Source: a virus (Duplodnaviria > Caudoviricetes). Taken from it: 53,127 bases of DNA. Under the pieces are notes generated by a model. It was not told the DNA's origin. It saw only the letters and a program-made list of their open reading frames with translations, and did not search any database. The stretch is from positions 1 through 53,127 of IMG/VR virus record IMGVR_UViG_3300034170_000039. One strand, written 5' to 3'. Below, one piece after another: positions 45,283-53,127 of this stretch. Made by a program: the position numbers and the translations under genes. Positions within the stretch are counted from its first letter, which is position 1, and each line of letters starts with the position of its first letter.

Positions 45283-45872
45283 TCAGCAACCACCTAGGCA
45301 TGGTCGAGGCTCTTCGGCCAGCATCGAACGAACTGGCCGCCGCGGTCGAGCAGTTCCTGGCGGCAGGCGGGCATATCGAAGAAGGACCGGCCTGCGGCTA
45401 CATCCCCAAGCCCATCACCTACAGCAACCAGATGCCGCCGGCGCCGAAGCCGTTTGTGCGGCACCGGGTCGAGCCGGCTCCCCTGCCGTTTGCGCCGCTC
45501 GATGTCAGGAGCGACAAGCGCGCGGAGAAGGCTGAAATGGTAAAGGCCCTGGCTGAAACGCACACCCAAACTGAAGCCTCGGTAGCCACAGGCATGACCC
45601 TTAGGACGCTCAGGGAGCTTGCCAGGGATTTTGGATTCTCGTTTAAGCGCGCAAGCCACGGCGGCCACTATGGGAAAAAGTGGAGAGAGGAAACCAAGAT
45701 TCGAGACGCCAAGTACGCCGAGCGAATCCTTACTTTCAAAGAGCTGGGTGTTTCAAGGCGAGTGGTCTGCGGAAAGCTCGCTATATCGCACGGGACGCTT
45801 GATCGAATTCTGAGCGAGTACGCCATCGACTACCCGAAGGCGCGCCAGGGAAAAGCCTCGTGCGCCGCATAG
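45279..45872 (+). CDS. Hypothetical protein with HTH-like segments
   Basis: VEQFLAAGGHI motif; ATGA overlap. Confidence 0.7.
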   Translation: MISNHLGMVEALRPASNELAAAVEQFLAAGGHIEEGPACGYIPKPITYSNQMPPAPKPFVRHRVEPAPLPFAPLDVRSDKRAEKAEMVKALAETHTQTEASVATGMTLRTLRELARDFGFSFKRASHGGHYGKKWREETKIRDAKYAERILTFKELGVSRRVVCGKLAISHGTLDRILSEYAIDYPKARQGKASCAA

Positions 45873-45935
45873 CCCAGCAACGAAAACGTCAAACCTGGCT
45901 CGCACTGCCGGCCAGCGGAATAGAAGAGGTAGGCT

Positions 45936-46259
45936 ATGGCAAAGACTGTGCAGGAACGATCGGCCAAAACTGCCAGGAAGCGCGTGGCGAATGCCGAAGA
46001 GGAATTGAGGCTCAGGGTTCGCCCAGGCACACGCCAGGCCCTGGCCGACCTGATGGAGTGGTCAGGCATTACTGAGCAGGGCGAGGCGATGACGCTGATG
46101 ATTCATCACCTGCATGCGCTTGGCTCGAAAGCCACATTCCTGCTTGATCCGCCGCGCCACAAAATCCAGATATCCGAAAACGTGGCGCGGGAATTCCGCA
46201 ACAAAAGCCTGCTCGCCATCCAGAAAGACCCTGGCGACGAGATCATTGAGCCCGCATAA
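45936..46259 (+). CDS. Hypothetical DNA-binding-like protein
   Basis: GAGG RBS; EELRLRVRPGTRQALADLM. Confidence 0.7.
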   Translation: MAKTVQERSAKTARKRVANAEEELRLRVRPGTRQALADLMEWSGITEQGEAMTLMIHHLHALGSKATFLLDPPRHKIQISENVAREFRNKSLLAIQKDPGDEIIEPA

Positions 46260-46304
46260 CCCCTTCCTAAATCACCGAATCACGCCAGCCGGCGAGGCGA
46301 AGCC

Positions 46305-46793
46305 ATGCCTATCACCCCGGAATACCTGAAATCAATACTTGCCTACTCGCCCGAAACGGGCGTCTTCACCTGGCTTGTCAGTCGAAGCCGAACAGTTGCG
46401 GGCACGGTGGCGGGCAGTTTGGTTTCCAGTGGCTATCTGACGGTGATGATCGACAGGAAGCGCCACAACCTGCACCGACTCGCATTCGTCTACATGCTCG
46501 ACCGGTACCCGCCCGAGTTCGTGGATCACATCAACGGCCAGAAGACTGGCAACCGCTGGATCAACCTGCGCGCGGCGAGCCCAGTGGAAAACGCCAGAAG
46601 CCAAAAGCGCAGTTGCAAAAATTCCAGCGGAATCTCCGGTGTCTCGTGGGATTCGCGAGGCCTATGGCGATCCTTCGGATGCCTGGCAGGCAAACAAATC
46701 ACCCTCGGTCGCTACTCATCAAAGTTTGATGCAGCGGCCGCCAGAAAGTCCTTCGAAAACATTCTCGGCTATCACGAAAATCACGGGAGATAA
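46305..46793 (+). CDS. HNH homing-type endonuclease with AP2-like C-terminus
   Basis: YSPETGVFTW, HRLAF, VDHING...NLR, SGISGV motifs. Confidence 0.9.
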   Translation: MPITPEYLKSILAYSPETGVFTWLVSRSRTVAGTVAGSLVSSGYLTVMIDRKRHNLHRLAFVYMLDRYPPEFVDHINGQKTGNRWINLRAASPVENARSQKRSCKNSSGISGVSWDSRGLWRSFGCLAGKQITLGRYSSKFDAAAARKSFENILGYHENHGR

Positions 46794-46799
46794 GCCCCT

Positions 46800-48896
46800 A
46801 TGTCCGCACAACAGAAGAAACACCCATTCGATTTCAAAACCCAATACGGACTCGGCTTCAACCCTCAGGACGATGAGATCGTTGTCGACTTCTTCTGTGG
46901 CGGTGGCGGCGCCGGTACCGGCCTGGAAATTGGACTTGGTCGCGCTGTAAACGTAGCCAAGAACCACAGCCCGCAAGCCATCAGCATGCACACCGTGAAC
47001 CACCCAGGTGCCCAGCACTTCACCACCGACGTGTTCGAGGGTGACCCGGACACCGAGTGCGGCGGCAAGGCAGTCGGCTGGTTCCATATGTCACCGGACT
47101 GCACGCATCACAGCCAGGCGGCCGGCGGCCAACCGCGCAAGCGCGAGATCCGCAACCTGTCGTGGATCGGCTTGAAGTGGGGAGGCAAGAAGCGGCCCCG
47201 GGTGATCAGCCTGGAGAACGTGAAGCAGATCCTGCAGTGGGGCCGGCTGATTGCCAAGCGCGACAAGGCCACCGGCCGCGTGGTGACCCTTGATCAGATT
47301 CCGCACCCAAGCAAGAAGGGAGCGACCACCAACCGAGTGGCATCGCCAGGCGAACAGGTGCCGGTTTCCAACCAGTTCTTGGTGCCTGACCCGAAGCAGC
47401 GCGGCCGCACCTGGCGCCGCTTCGTGGCTCTGCTGGAAGGCATGGGTTACGTGGTTGAGTGGAAGGTGATCAAGGCCTGCGACTTCGGCGCGCCGACCAG
47501 CCGGGAACGCCTGTTCATGATCGCCCGGTGCGATGGACAACCGATCGTGTGGCCAGAAGCGACCCACGCAAAGAACCCATCCAAGGGTCAGCAGAAGTGG
47601 AAAACAGCCGCTGACTGCATCGATTTCAGCGACCTGGGCAAAAGCATCTTCGGCCGCAAGAAGGACCTGGCCCCGGCCACCCTGCGCCGCGTTGCCAAGG
47701 GCATGAAGAAGTTCGTTATCGACAGCGCGGCGCCATTCATTGTCCCAATTGCCAACTGGTCCGGCGAGGCAGTGCAGTCAGCCGAAGAGCCCCTGCGCAC
47801 GATCACCTCCTACCCAAAGGGCGGCGCCTTCTCGGTGGTCAGCCCGATAATTGCACCGGCAACACACCAGGGCAGCGACCGTATCAATGACCCACTCGAC
47901 CCGCTGCCGACGGTGACTTGCGCTAACCGCGGCGAGCTGACGCTGATAAGCCCCACTTTGATTCAGTCAGGCTATGGCGAGCGCGCAGGGCAAGAGCCAC
48001 GGGTTCCGGGCTTGGATCAGCCACTCGGCACAGTTGTCGCCGGCGGTGTGAAGCACGCACTGGCTTCGGCCTGCATCGTCCAGGCCGGGCACGGCGAAGG
48101 TTCCGGCGCAAACAAACGGCGCTCCCACGGGGTGAACGATATATGCGGGCCGATCGGCACCGTTACAGCCAGCGGCGGCGGCCAGTCCATCAGCACGGCG
48201 GTGATGATTCAGGCCAACGGCGGATTCAACACCACCCATGCCAAGGACATCCGCGAGCCGATGACCACGGTGACCAACACCGGCAGCCAGCAGCAGTTGG
48301 CGGTGGCGAACCTGATCCACTTGCGCGGCAACTGTGATGCACGCGACTTGAATGACCCGCTGCACACCGTCAGCGCCGGCGGCCAACACCACGGGTTGGT
48401 CAGCGCATTCATGGAGCGGGCATTCGGCGGCAGTGTTGGCCAGGGCCTGGAAGATCCGGCACCGACCATCACCGCCGGTGGCGGCGGCAAGAGCTCGCTG
48501 GTGTCGCTCACCTTGTCGCCTGAACACGAAGCCGGTGCCCTGCGGGTCGCTGCGTTCCTGATCAGCTACTACGGCACCGAGAACACAAGCGCCTGTGACG
48601 CGCCAGCACCGACCATCACCACCAAGGACCGCCTCGCAATGGTCACCGTAATGGTGAAAGGCACGCCATACGTGATCGTCGACATCTGCCTGCGGATGCT
48701 GAAACCCACGGAGCTGTACAAGGCCCAGGGCTTCCCGGCCGACTACATCATCAGCCACGGCGCCGACGGCAAGCCGTTCACCAAGACCCAGCAGGTGCAT
48801 ATGTGCGGCAACAGCGTCAGCCCGCCGCCGATGGCCGCGCTGGCCAGGGCCAACGACCCTTGGCGAGCCGAACAACGCCAAGCCCGCGCCGCATAA
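46800..48896 (+). CDS. DNA cytosine-5 methyltransferase
   Basis: DFFCGGGG, SPDC, LENV, RERLF, CGNSV; long repetitive variable region. Confidence 0.93.
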   Translation: MSAQQKKHPFDFKTQYGLGFNPQDDEIVVDFFCGGGGAGTGLEIGLGRAVNVAKNHSPQAISMHTVNHPGAQHFTTDVFEGDPDTECGGKAVGWFHMSPDCTHHSQAAGGQPRKREIRNLSWIGLKWGGKKRPRVISLENVKQILQWGRLIAKRDKATGRVVTLDQIPHPSKKGATTNRVASPGEQVPVSNQFLVPDPKQRGRTWRRFVALLEGMGYVVEWKVIKACDFGAPTSRERLFMIARCDGQPIVWPEATHAKNPSKGQQKWKTAADCIDFSDLGKSIFGRKKDLAPATLRRVAKGMKKFVIDSAAPFIVPIANWSGEAVQSAEEPLRTITSYPKGGAFSVVSPIIAPATHQGSDRINDPLDPLPTVTCANRGELTLISPTLIQSGYGERAGQEPRVPGLDQPLGTVVAGGVKHALASACIVQAGHGEGSGANKRRSHGVNDICGPIGTVTASGGGQSISTAVMIQANGGFNTTHAKDIREPMTTVTNTGSQQQLAVANLIHLRGNCDARDLNDPLHTVSAGGQHHGLVSAFMERAFGGSVGQGLEDPAPTITAGGGGKSSLVSLTLSPEHEAGALRVAAFLISYYGTENTSACDAPAPTITTKDRLAMVTVMVKGTPYVIVDICLRMLKPTELYKAQGFPADYIISHGADGKPFTKTQQVHMCGNSVSPPPMAALARANDPWRAEQRQARAA

Positions 48897-48939
48897 CTCC
48901 CCACTCCACCGCCCGGGCATGGCCCGGCAAGGACTCCCC

Positions 48940-49587
48940 ATGCCTACAGAAAACAAACCGGCTGATCCAAAGCGAACCGGCCTGTCACAAGGCTGGAATC
49001 TGACACGCAAGCATGACGGCTTTGTCGTGGGCCACCAGTCTGTGGCATATCCGCCTGAAGAAAAGGCGATTGAGCGTGCCGAACGTGACGGCTATGTGTG
49101 GGTGCCGTTCCTCGTGCCAGCCGCCCAGCCCGAGGGCGAGCCGGTGGCACATATGCCGGTTGAACGCTGCTACGACGTTCGGGCAAAGATGATCATTGCC
49201 TTCAACGAGGCCAAGAAGGCTGGCGGCGATTTGGATGATGCGCTTGATGCTGCATACAAATCTGCCTTGCGCTATTCGCCAAACCCAATGAACGCAGAGC
49301 AGTCCGCACCGGTAGAGGTGGTGCCCGATGGCTACTGCATCATGCCCCGCCAACTTACCGCTGAGAATGGCGCCAAAGCCTTGCTGCTCGGCGAGTTCAA
49401 GCTGCTGGCCACCAAAGAATGCCCTGAATGCTGCGAGCTTGAAGAGCCAACCGAAGGTTGCTCAATGTGCGACGGTGAAGGCGAGTACGGGCAGAAACAC
49501 ACCATCCCGTGGGATCAGATCAAGTTCATCTACAGCAAGGCAGTAGAGGGCCTGGCCGTGAAGGCCGAGCCAGCCAAATCCCGATAG
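48940..49587 (+). CDS. Hypothetical protein with C-terminal Zn finger
   Basis: AAGGA RBS; CPEC...CSMC. Confidence 0.7.
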   Translation: MPTENKPADPKRTGLSQGWNLTRKHDGFVVGHQSVAYPPEEKAIERAERDGYVWVPFLVPAAQPEGEPVAHMPVERCYDVRAKMIIAFNEAKKAGGDLDDALDAAYKSALRYSPNPMNAEQSAPVEVVPDGYCIMPRQLTAENGAKALLLGEFKLLATKECPECCELEEPTEGCSMCDGEGEYGQKHTIPWDQIKFIYSKAVEGLAVKAEPAKSR

Positions 49588-49637
49588 GAGTACATCCGTA
49601 CTCCACCCGCAAAACCTGTAACCCCTTCCCCCTTCAA

Positions 49638-49875
49638 AGTCAGCCGCTATAGCGGCTAGCTACATATGGAATGTCAGTTCTTCGGCTTCTGAGAGATCCC
49701 AATGACCATAAAGACGATACCGGGGATCCAGATACCAGGGATCGAGGTGGCCAGGCCCACGGCTAGAAATGACGCGCCCACAATGAACATTGGTCGTTTG
49801 ATTGTGTTTTCCATAACTCACACCCTCCATTAAGAATTTTTCACATTTAACCATAGAGTCAGCCGCTATAGCGGC
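49638..49875. repeat. 19-bp direct repeats AGTCAGCCGCTATAGCGGC flanking a 200-bp insert
   Basis: Exact copies at 49638..49656 and 49857..49875. Confidence 0.9.
49674..49814 (-). CDS. 46-aa membrane micropeptide
   Basis: GGAGG RBS; MENTIKRPMFIVGASFLAVGLATSIPGIWIPGIVFMVIGISQKPKN. Confidence 0.7.
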   Translation of the reverse strand: MENTIKRPMFIVGASFLAVGLATSIPGIWIPGIVFMVIGISQKPKN

Positions 49876-49887
49876 AAGGACGAAGTC

Positions 49888-50277
49888 ATGCCTGAAGAAA
49901 ACAAACACGACCTGGCTGCAGCTGATCGCAAGCTACTCATTCAGGCCGCGCACTCCGCCCGCATCGATATCGAACCGTGCACCTGCAGCGATCCTAAGTG
50001 GCCTTTCCGGCTGGCTCGCAAGTCCGGTGTCCGTGGACACTGGAACCCGCTCATCAACGACGGGGATGCGCTGCGCTTGGCGGTAGTCATGGGCCGCATG
50101 GAGCGCCTGGGCGTGGCCATCCACATCGTTGAGCCGTTCGACGGCGACACCGGACCTTACACCTACGTGGACGCTGAGCGTTTCGGTGAGCACACCATGT
50201 ACCACCACGCCGATCCGTTCGGGGCGACTCGCCGCGCGATCGTCGAAGCCGCAGCTGAAATCGGGAGACGTTCATGA
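49888..50277 (+). CDS. Phage hypothetical protein (paralog 2)
   Basis: WNPLINDGDALRLAV...RRAIVEAAAEIG. Confidence 0.75.
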   Translation: MPEENKHDLAAADRKLLIQAAHSARIDIEPCTCSDPKWPFRLARKSGVRGHWNPLINDGDALRLAVVMGRMERLGVAIHIVEPFDGDTGPYTYVDAERFGEHTMYHHADPFGATRRAIVEAAAEIGRRS

Positions 50278-50888
50278 CGGTAATCAAAGAACGCCCCATC
50301 CTGTTCTCGGCGCCGATGGTGCGCGCCATCCTGGAAGGCCGGAGGACGGTCACGCGGCGGGCGGTGAAGATTCAGCCACGCTCGAAAGCCGATATCGGCA
50401 GCTATGGCCTGGGCCAGCCCTTCATTCGAAACCCTGATGTGGCGAAGCCTAACCCGGAGTGCCCCTATGGTCGGCCCGGCGACCGGCTGTGGGTGCGCGA
50501 GACCTGGGCCCGTGTCGGCAATGACGATCCGGGCTATCTGACCTTCGGCGCCACCTACCCTTCCTGTCTTCCGCCAGGACTGGAAAACATTCCGCCTGCC
50601 AGCCAGATCCGCTGGAAGCCAAGCATCCACATGTTCCGCCGCGACAGCCGCATCCTGCTGGAGATCACCGACGTGCGCGTCGAGCGGTTGCAGGACATCA
50701 CCTACGAGCAGGCCGCAGCCGAAGGGATTCACCGAGGCCCGCTACGTGAGTGGTGCGCGAGCGACGAAGGTGGTAACTGCCACAAATACCCGGTTCCAGC
50801 ATTCCGCGACTTGTGGCAATCCGTCGGCGGCAACTGGGACGCCAACCCGTGGGTCTGGGTGGTTGAGTTCAAGCGGGTGACGCCATGA
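50274..50888 (+). CDS. ASCH/PUA-like phage protein
   Basis: ERPILFSAPMVRAILEGRRTVTRR, GDRLWVRE, VERLQDI, NPWVWVVEF. Confidence 0.75.
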   Translation: MTVIKERPILFSAPMVRAILEGRRTVTRRAVKIQPRSKADIGSYGLGQPFIRNPDVAKPNPECPYGRPGDRLWVRETWARVGNDDPGYLTFGATYPSCLPPGLENIPPASQIRWKPSIHMFRRDSRILLEITDVRVERLQDITYEQAAAEGIHRGPLREWCASDEGGNCHKYPVPAFRDLWQSVGGNWDANPWVWVVEFKRVTP

Positions 50889-50937
50889 TCGCCACCCTCT
50901 GGTTCGCCTACGTCTTCATCTACAAAGAGGCCAGGCC

Positions 50938-51261
50938 ATGACAGACCATGAATTGTTGCGGATATCTGCCAAGGCCATGGGCTTCGAGCTGGAATACAGG
51001 CACGGAAGCGATGCCTTCTACTACGACGATCCAGAATCCGGCCGTGAGCAATGGCAGCCACTCAGTGATGATGCCCAGGCCATGCGCCTGGCGGTAGACC
51101 TTCAGCTCAGCATCCTCTGGCTCACCAACCTGCAGTACGTGATGGTCGAGCGTCGCGGCTTCGGGGAGAACATCGGCTGGACCGACGACGCGGATCGAGG
51201 TGGCGCGCTCCGCCAGGCAATCACAGTCGTAGCAGCGCAAATCGGCAGCACGCTTCCCTAA
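50938..51261 (+). CDS. Phage hypothetical protein (paralog 3)
   Basis: WQPLSDDAQAMRLAV...RQAITVVAAQIG. Confidence 0.75.
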   Translation: MTDHELLRISAKAMGFELEYRHGSDAFYYDDPESGREQWQPLSDDAQAMRLAVDLQLSILWLTNLQYVMVERRGFGENIGWTDDADRGGALRQAITVVAAQIGSTLP

Positions 51262-51310
51262 CCCCAATCCCCCTACATGCCTGCCGGTGAGCGGCGGGCG
51301 AGGTATTCCT

Positions 51311-51556
51311 ATGTCCATAGAAAATATGCCAGTCATGCGCGGGAAGAAAATCAAGTCGATCCCGATGCATTTACTTGCGCCATACAAAGAGCAGGCCCAG
51401 CGCAATCACAGCCAATCCTTGCAGCGTCTCGCCGAGCGCGGCGGCATGGATTCAACCGAGATCCTAGGCATGGTTCGTGGGATTGGGTGGAGTCAGCTTG
51501 TAGTTCGGCCGGATGACGAGGTCGAATTGATTAAGTGGGTTGAAAGTAAATCCTAA
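51311..51556 (+). CDS. Hypothetical protein
   Basis: GAGG RBS; QAQRNHSQSLQRLAERGG motif. Confidence 0.7.
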   Translation: MSIENMPVMRGKKIKSIPMHLLAPYKEQAQRNHSQSLQRLAERGGMDSTEILGMVRGIGWSQLVVRPDDEVELIKWVESKS

Positions 51557-51638
51557 CCACCTTCTGCCGCCCAGCGCGGCAAGGACACTAAATGACCATC
51601 AATTCAGCACGGCCCGGAGTGGGCTGCGGGAGCGAGCC

Positions 51639-51926
51639 ATGAGCGGACCAGTCAGATACAAGACCGTCGAACAATTCTCGCGAGAGTCTGGCTATACACC
51701 GGATGCCATCCGAACCAAAATCCGTGACGGCATTTGGCCGAAGCACGCCGTCTGGAAGAAAGCGCCGGACGGTCGGGTACTTATAGATGTTGAGGGGTAT
51801 TACTCATGGGTAGAGATGGGGGAGGCGTCCGCGCCGCGTCTGCAAGTAGTATCGAGATCACATTCCAATACCAGGGCGTCCGGTGCCGCGAGAGGGTCCA
51901 ACTCAAGCCCACCACCGCTAACCTGA
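51639..51926 (+). CDS. xis: Excisionase
   Basis: YKTVEQFSRESGYTPDAIRTKIRDGIW...PDGRVLIDVEGY; overlaps int start. Confidence 0.82.
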   Translation: MSGPVRYKTVEQFSRESGYTPDAIRTKIRDGIWPKHAVWKKAPDGRVLIDVEGYYSWVEMGEASAPRLQVVSRSHSNTRASGAARGSNSSPPPLT

Positions 51927-53047
51927 AAAAGGCCGAGCTGCATAAGGCCGCAATTGAACACGCCATCCTCGGCGGCACATTTGATTACGCCAAGACATTC
52001 CCAAATTCAAAGAAGGCCCTGGCTTTCAAAACGCCGGAGGATCGGCAGAATCTGGGCGTGTATCTGCTTGAGTGGCTTGATAAGAAAAAGGCTCAGCTCA
52101 AATCCAGCACGGCCGAGCACTACCGGGAGATGATCGCCGGGCGGCTGATACCGATGTTTGGCCACCTTTCATTGGGAGAGCTTTCCCGGAAGCACGTCAG
52201 GGACAGGCTCTCGCAGTACAAGGTTGGCAACAAGACGATGACCAACCTGCAGAGCTGCTTGAGGTCATCTCTTGATGATGCGGTAGAAGACGAGATCTTG
52301 GAGATCAACCCGATGGTCGGGTGGAACTACAAAAACCGGGAAGAGCTCAAGGAGGACGATGATGTCGATCCGTTCACCGTCGAAGAACAGGAAGCTCTTC
52401 TGGCTGCGACACCACGTGATCAGCGCGCGCAGATGATCTTCTCGTTCTGGACAGGCCTTCGCCCGAGCGAGCTTATTGCTTTGGAGTGGGGGGATGTCGA
52501 TTGGATTGGCGGAGCTGTTCGCATTGTTCGCGCCAAAACGCGAGCGGCGAATTCGCCGGAGACACCGAAAACCGCAAGCGGCCGTCGGACGGTGAAATTG
52601 TTGAAGCCTGCCCTGGATGCTCTGACGCAGCAGAAGGCTCTGACATTTTTGGCGGGGGGAAGGATATTTTTGAACCCGCATAGTGGCGAGCCATGGGAAG
52701 AGTCTGGGCGCATTAGAAAGCTGCTTTGGCTTCCCGCTATGAAGAAGTCAGGCGTCCGCTACCGTAGGCCGTACCAAACTCGCCATACCTACGCGTCAAT
52801 GATGCTTTCTGCCGGAGAGCATCCGATGTGGGTGGCGAGCCAGATGGGGCACAAAGATTGGACCATGATCGCAAGGATTTATGGTCGCTGGATGCCATCG
52901 GCTGACACCGGGGCGGGCAGCAAGGCAGAGGCTCTTTTCGGGGGTAATGCCAAGGTTATGACAACATCGCCTCTACAGGCCGCAATTTACGCGACCGAAA
53001 CCAAGGATACTAAAGTGGCATCTAATGTCACTGGCTGTTACCACTGA
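51806..53047 (+). CDS. int: Tyrosine integrase with arm-binding domain
   Basis: TGLRPSEL, YQTRHTYAS, QMGH, IYGRW catalytic motifs. Confidence 0.96.
   Translation: MGRDGGGVRAASASSIEITFQYQGVRCRERVQLKPTTANLKKAELHKAAIEHAILGGTFDYAKTFPNSKKALAFKTPEDRQNLGVYLLEWLDKKKAQLKSSTAEHYREMIAGRLIPMFGHLSLGELSRKHVRDRLSQYKVGNKTMTNLQSCLRSSLDDAVEDEILEINPMVGWNYKNREELKEDDDVDPFTVEEQEALLAATPRDQRAQMIFSFWTGLRPSELIALEWGDVDWIGGAVRIVRAKTRAANSPETPKTASGRRTVKLLKPALDALTQQKALTFLAGGRIFLNPHSGEPWEESGRIRKLLWLPAMKKSGVRYRRPYQTRHTYASMMLSAGEHPMWVASQMGHKDWTMIARIYGRWMPSADTGAGSKAEALFGGNAKVMTTSPLQAAIYATETKDTKVASNVTGCYH
53001..53013 (+). repeat. att core, right copy (CCAAGGATACTAA)
   Basis: Exact repeat of 105..117, inside the 3' end of int. 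Confidence 0.85.
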
Positions 53048-53127
53048 TCACTCTAGACTCAAATAAGCTCCCCGCCGAACAACTGTTCGACGGCATAACA
53101 ATCAAAGGGCCCGCTGCCGTGGAAAAC

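Larger units (their letters stand above)
105..53013. mobile_element. Complete lambdoid-organised prophage with contractile tail
   Basis: Integration, immunity, replication, packaging, head, tail and lysis modules all lie between two identical 13-mers. Confidence 0.93.

Noticed and set aside
49660-49908. 82-aa minus-strand ORF from the track
   Set aside because: Runs through the repeat and overlaps the next gene; the RBS-supported 46-aa frame fits the insert better

Overview
The window holds one apparently complete temperate prophage of about 52.9 kb (105..53013), most likely from a Pseudomonas host (inferred from gene content). It is bounded by a 13-bp direct repeat CCAAGGATACTAA and is inserted upstream of a host gene that looks like an AraC-family regulator, not in a tRNA. 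The layout is lambdoid with a contractile tail. From right to left it carries a tyrosine integrase and xis; an early operon with ERF/YqaJ recombination genes, an HNH nuclease and a C5 methyltransferase; an immunity region (cI/cro/cII, five 17-bp operators, boxA); O/P replication genes with iterons; a nin region and Q-like gene; holin; terminase, portal, scaffold and coat; sheath, tube, baseplate and fibre; GH19 endolysin with Rz/Rz1; and a terminal low-GC acyltransferase moron. The main points of interest are: an Acb2 anti-CBASS sponge plus a DUF2829/Tad2-like mini-protein in the late operon; an uncharacterised zinc-ribbon + membrane protein pair in the rexAB position; several unannotated structured RNA elements (tRNA-like kissing-loop RNA, three bulged-A hairpins, a pseudoknot in the tail operon); a direct-repeat-flanked antisense micro-cassette; a -1 frameshift with a stimulatory hairpin; and an integrase whose C-terminus changes on excision. 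All family calls come from motif recognition and gene position; no database searches were run.
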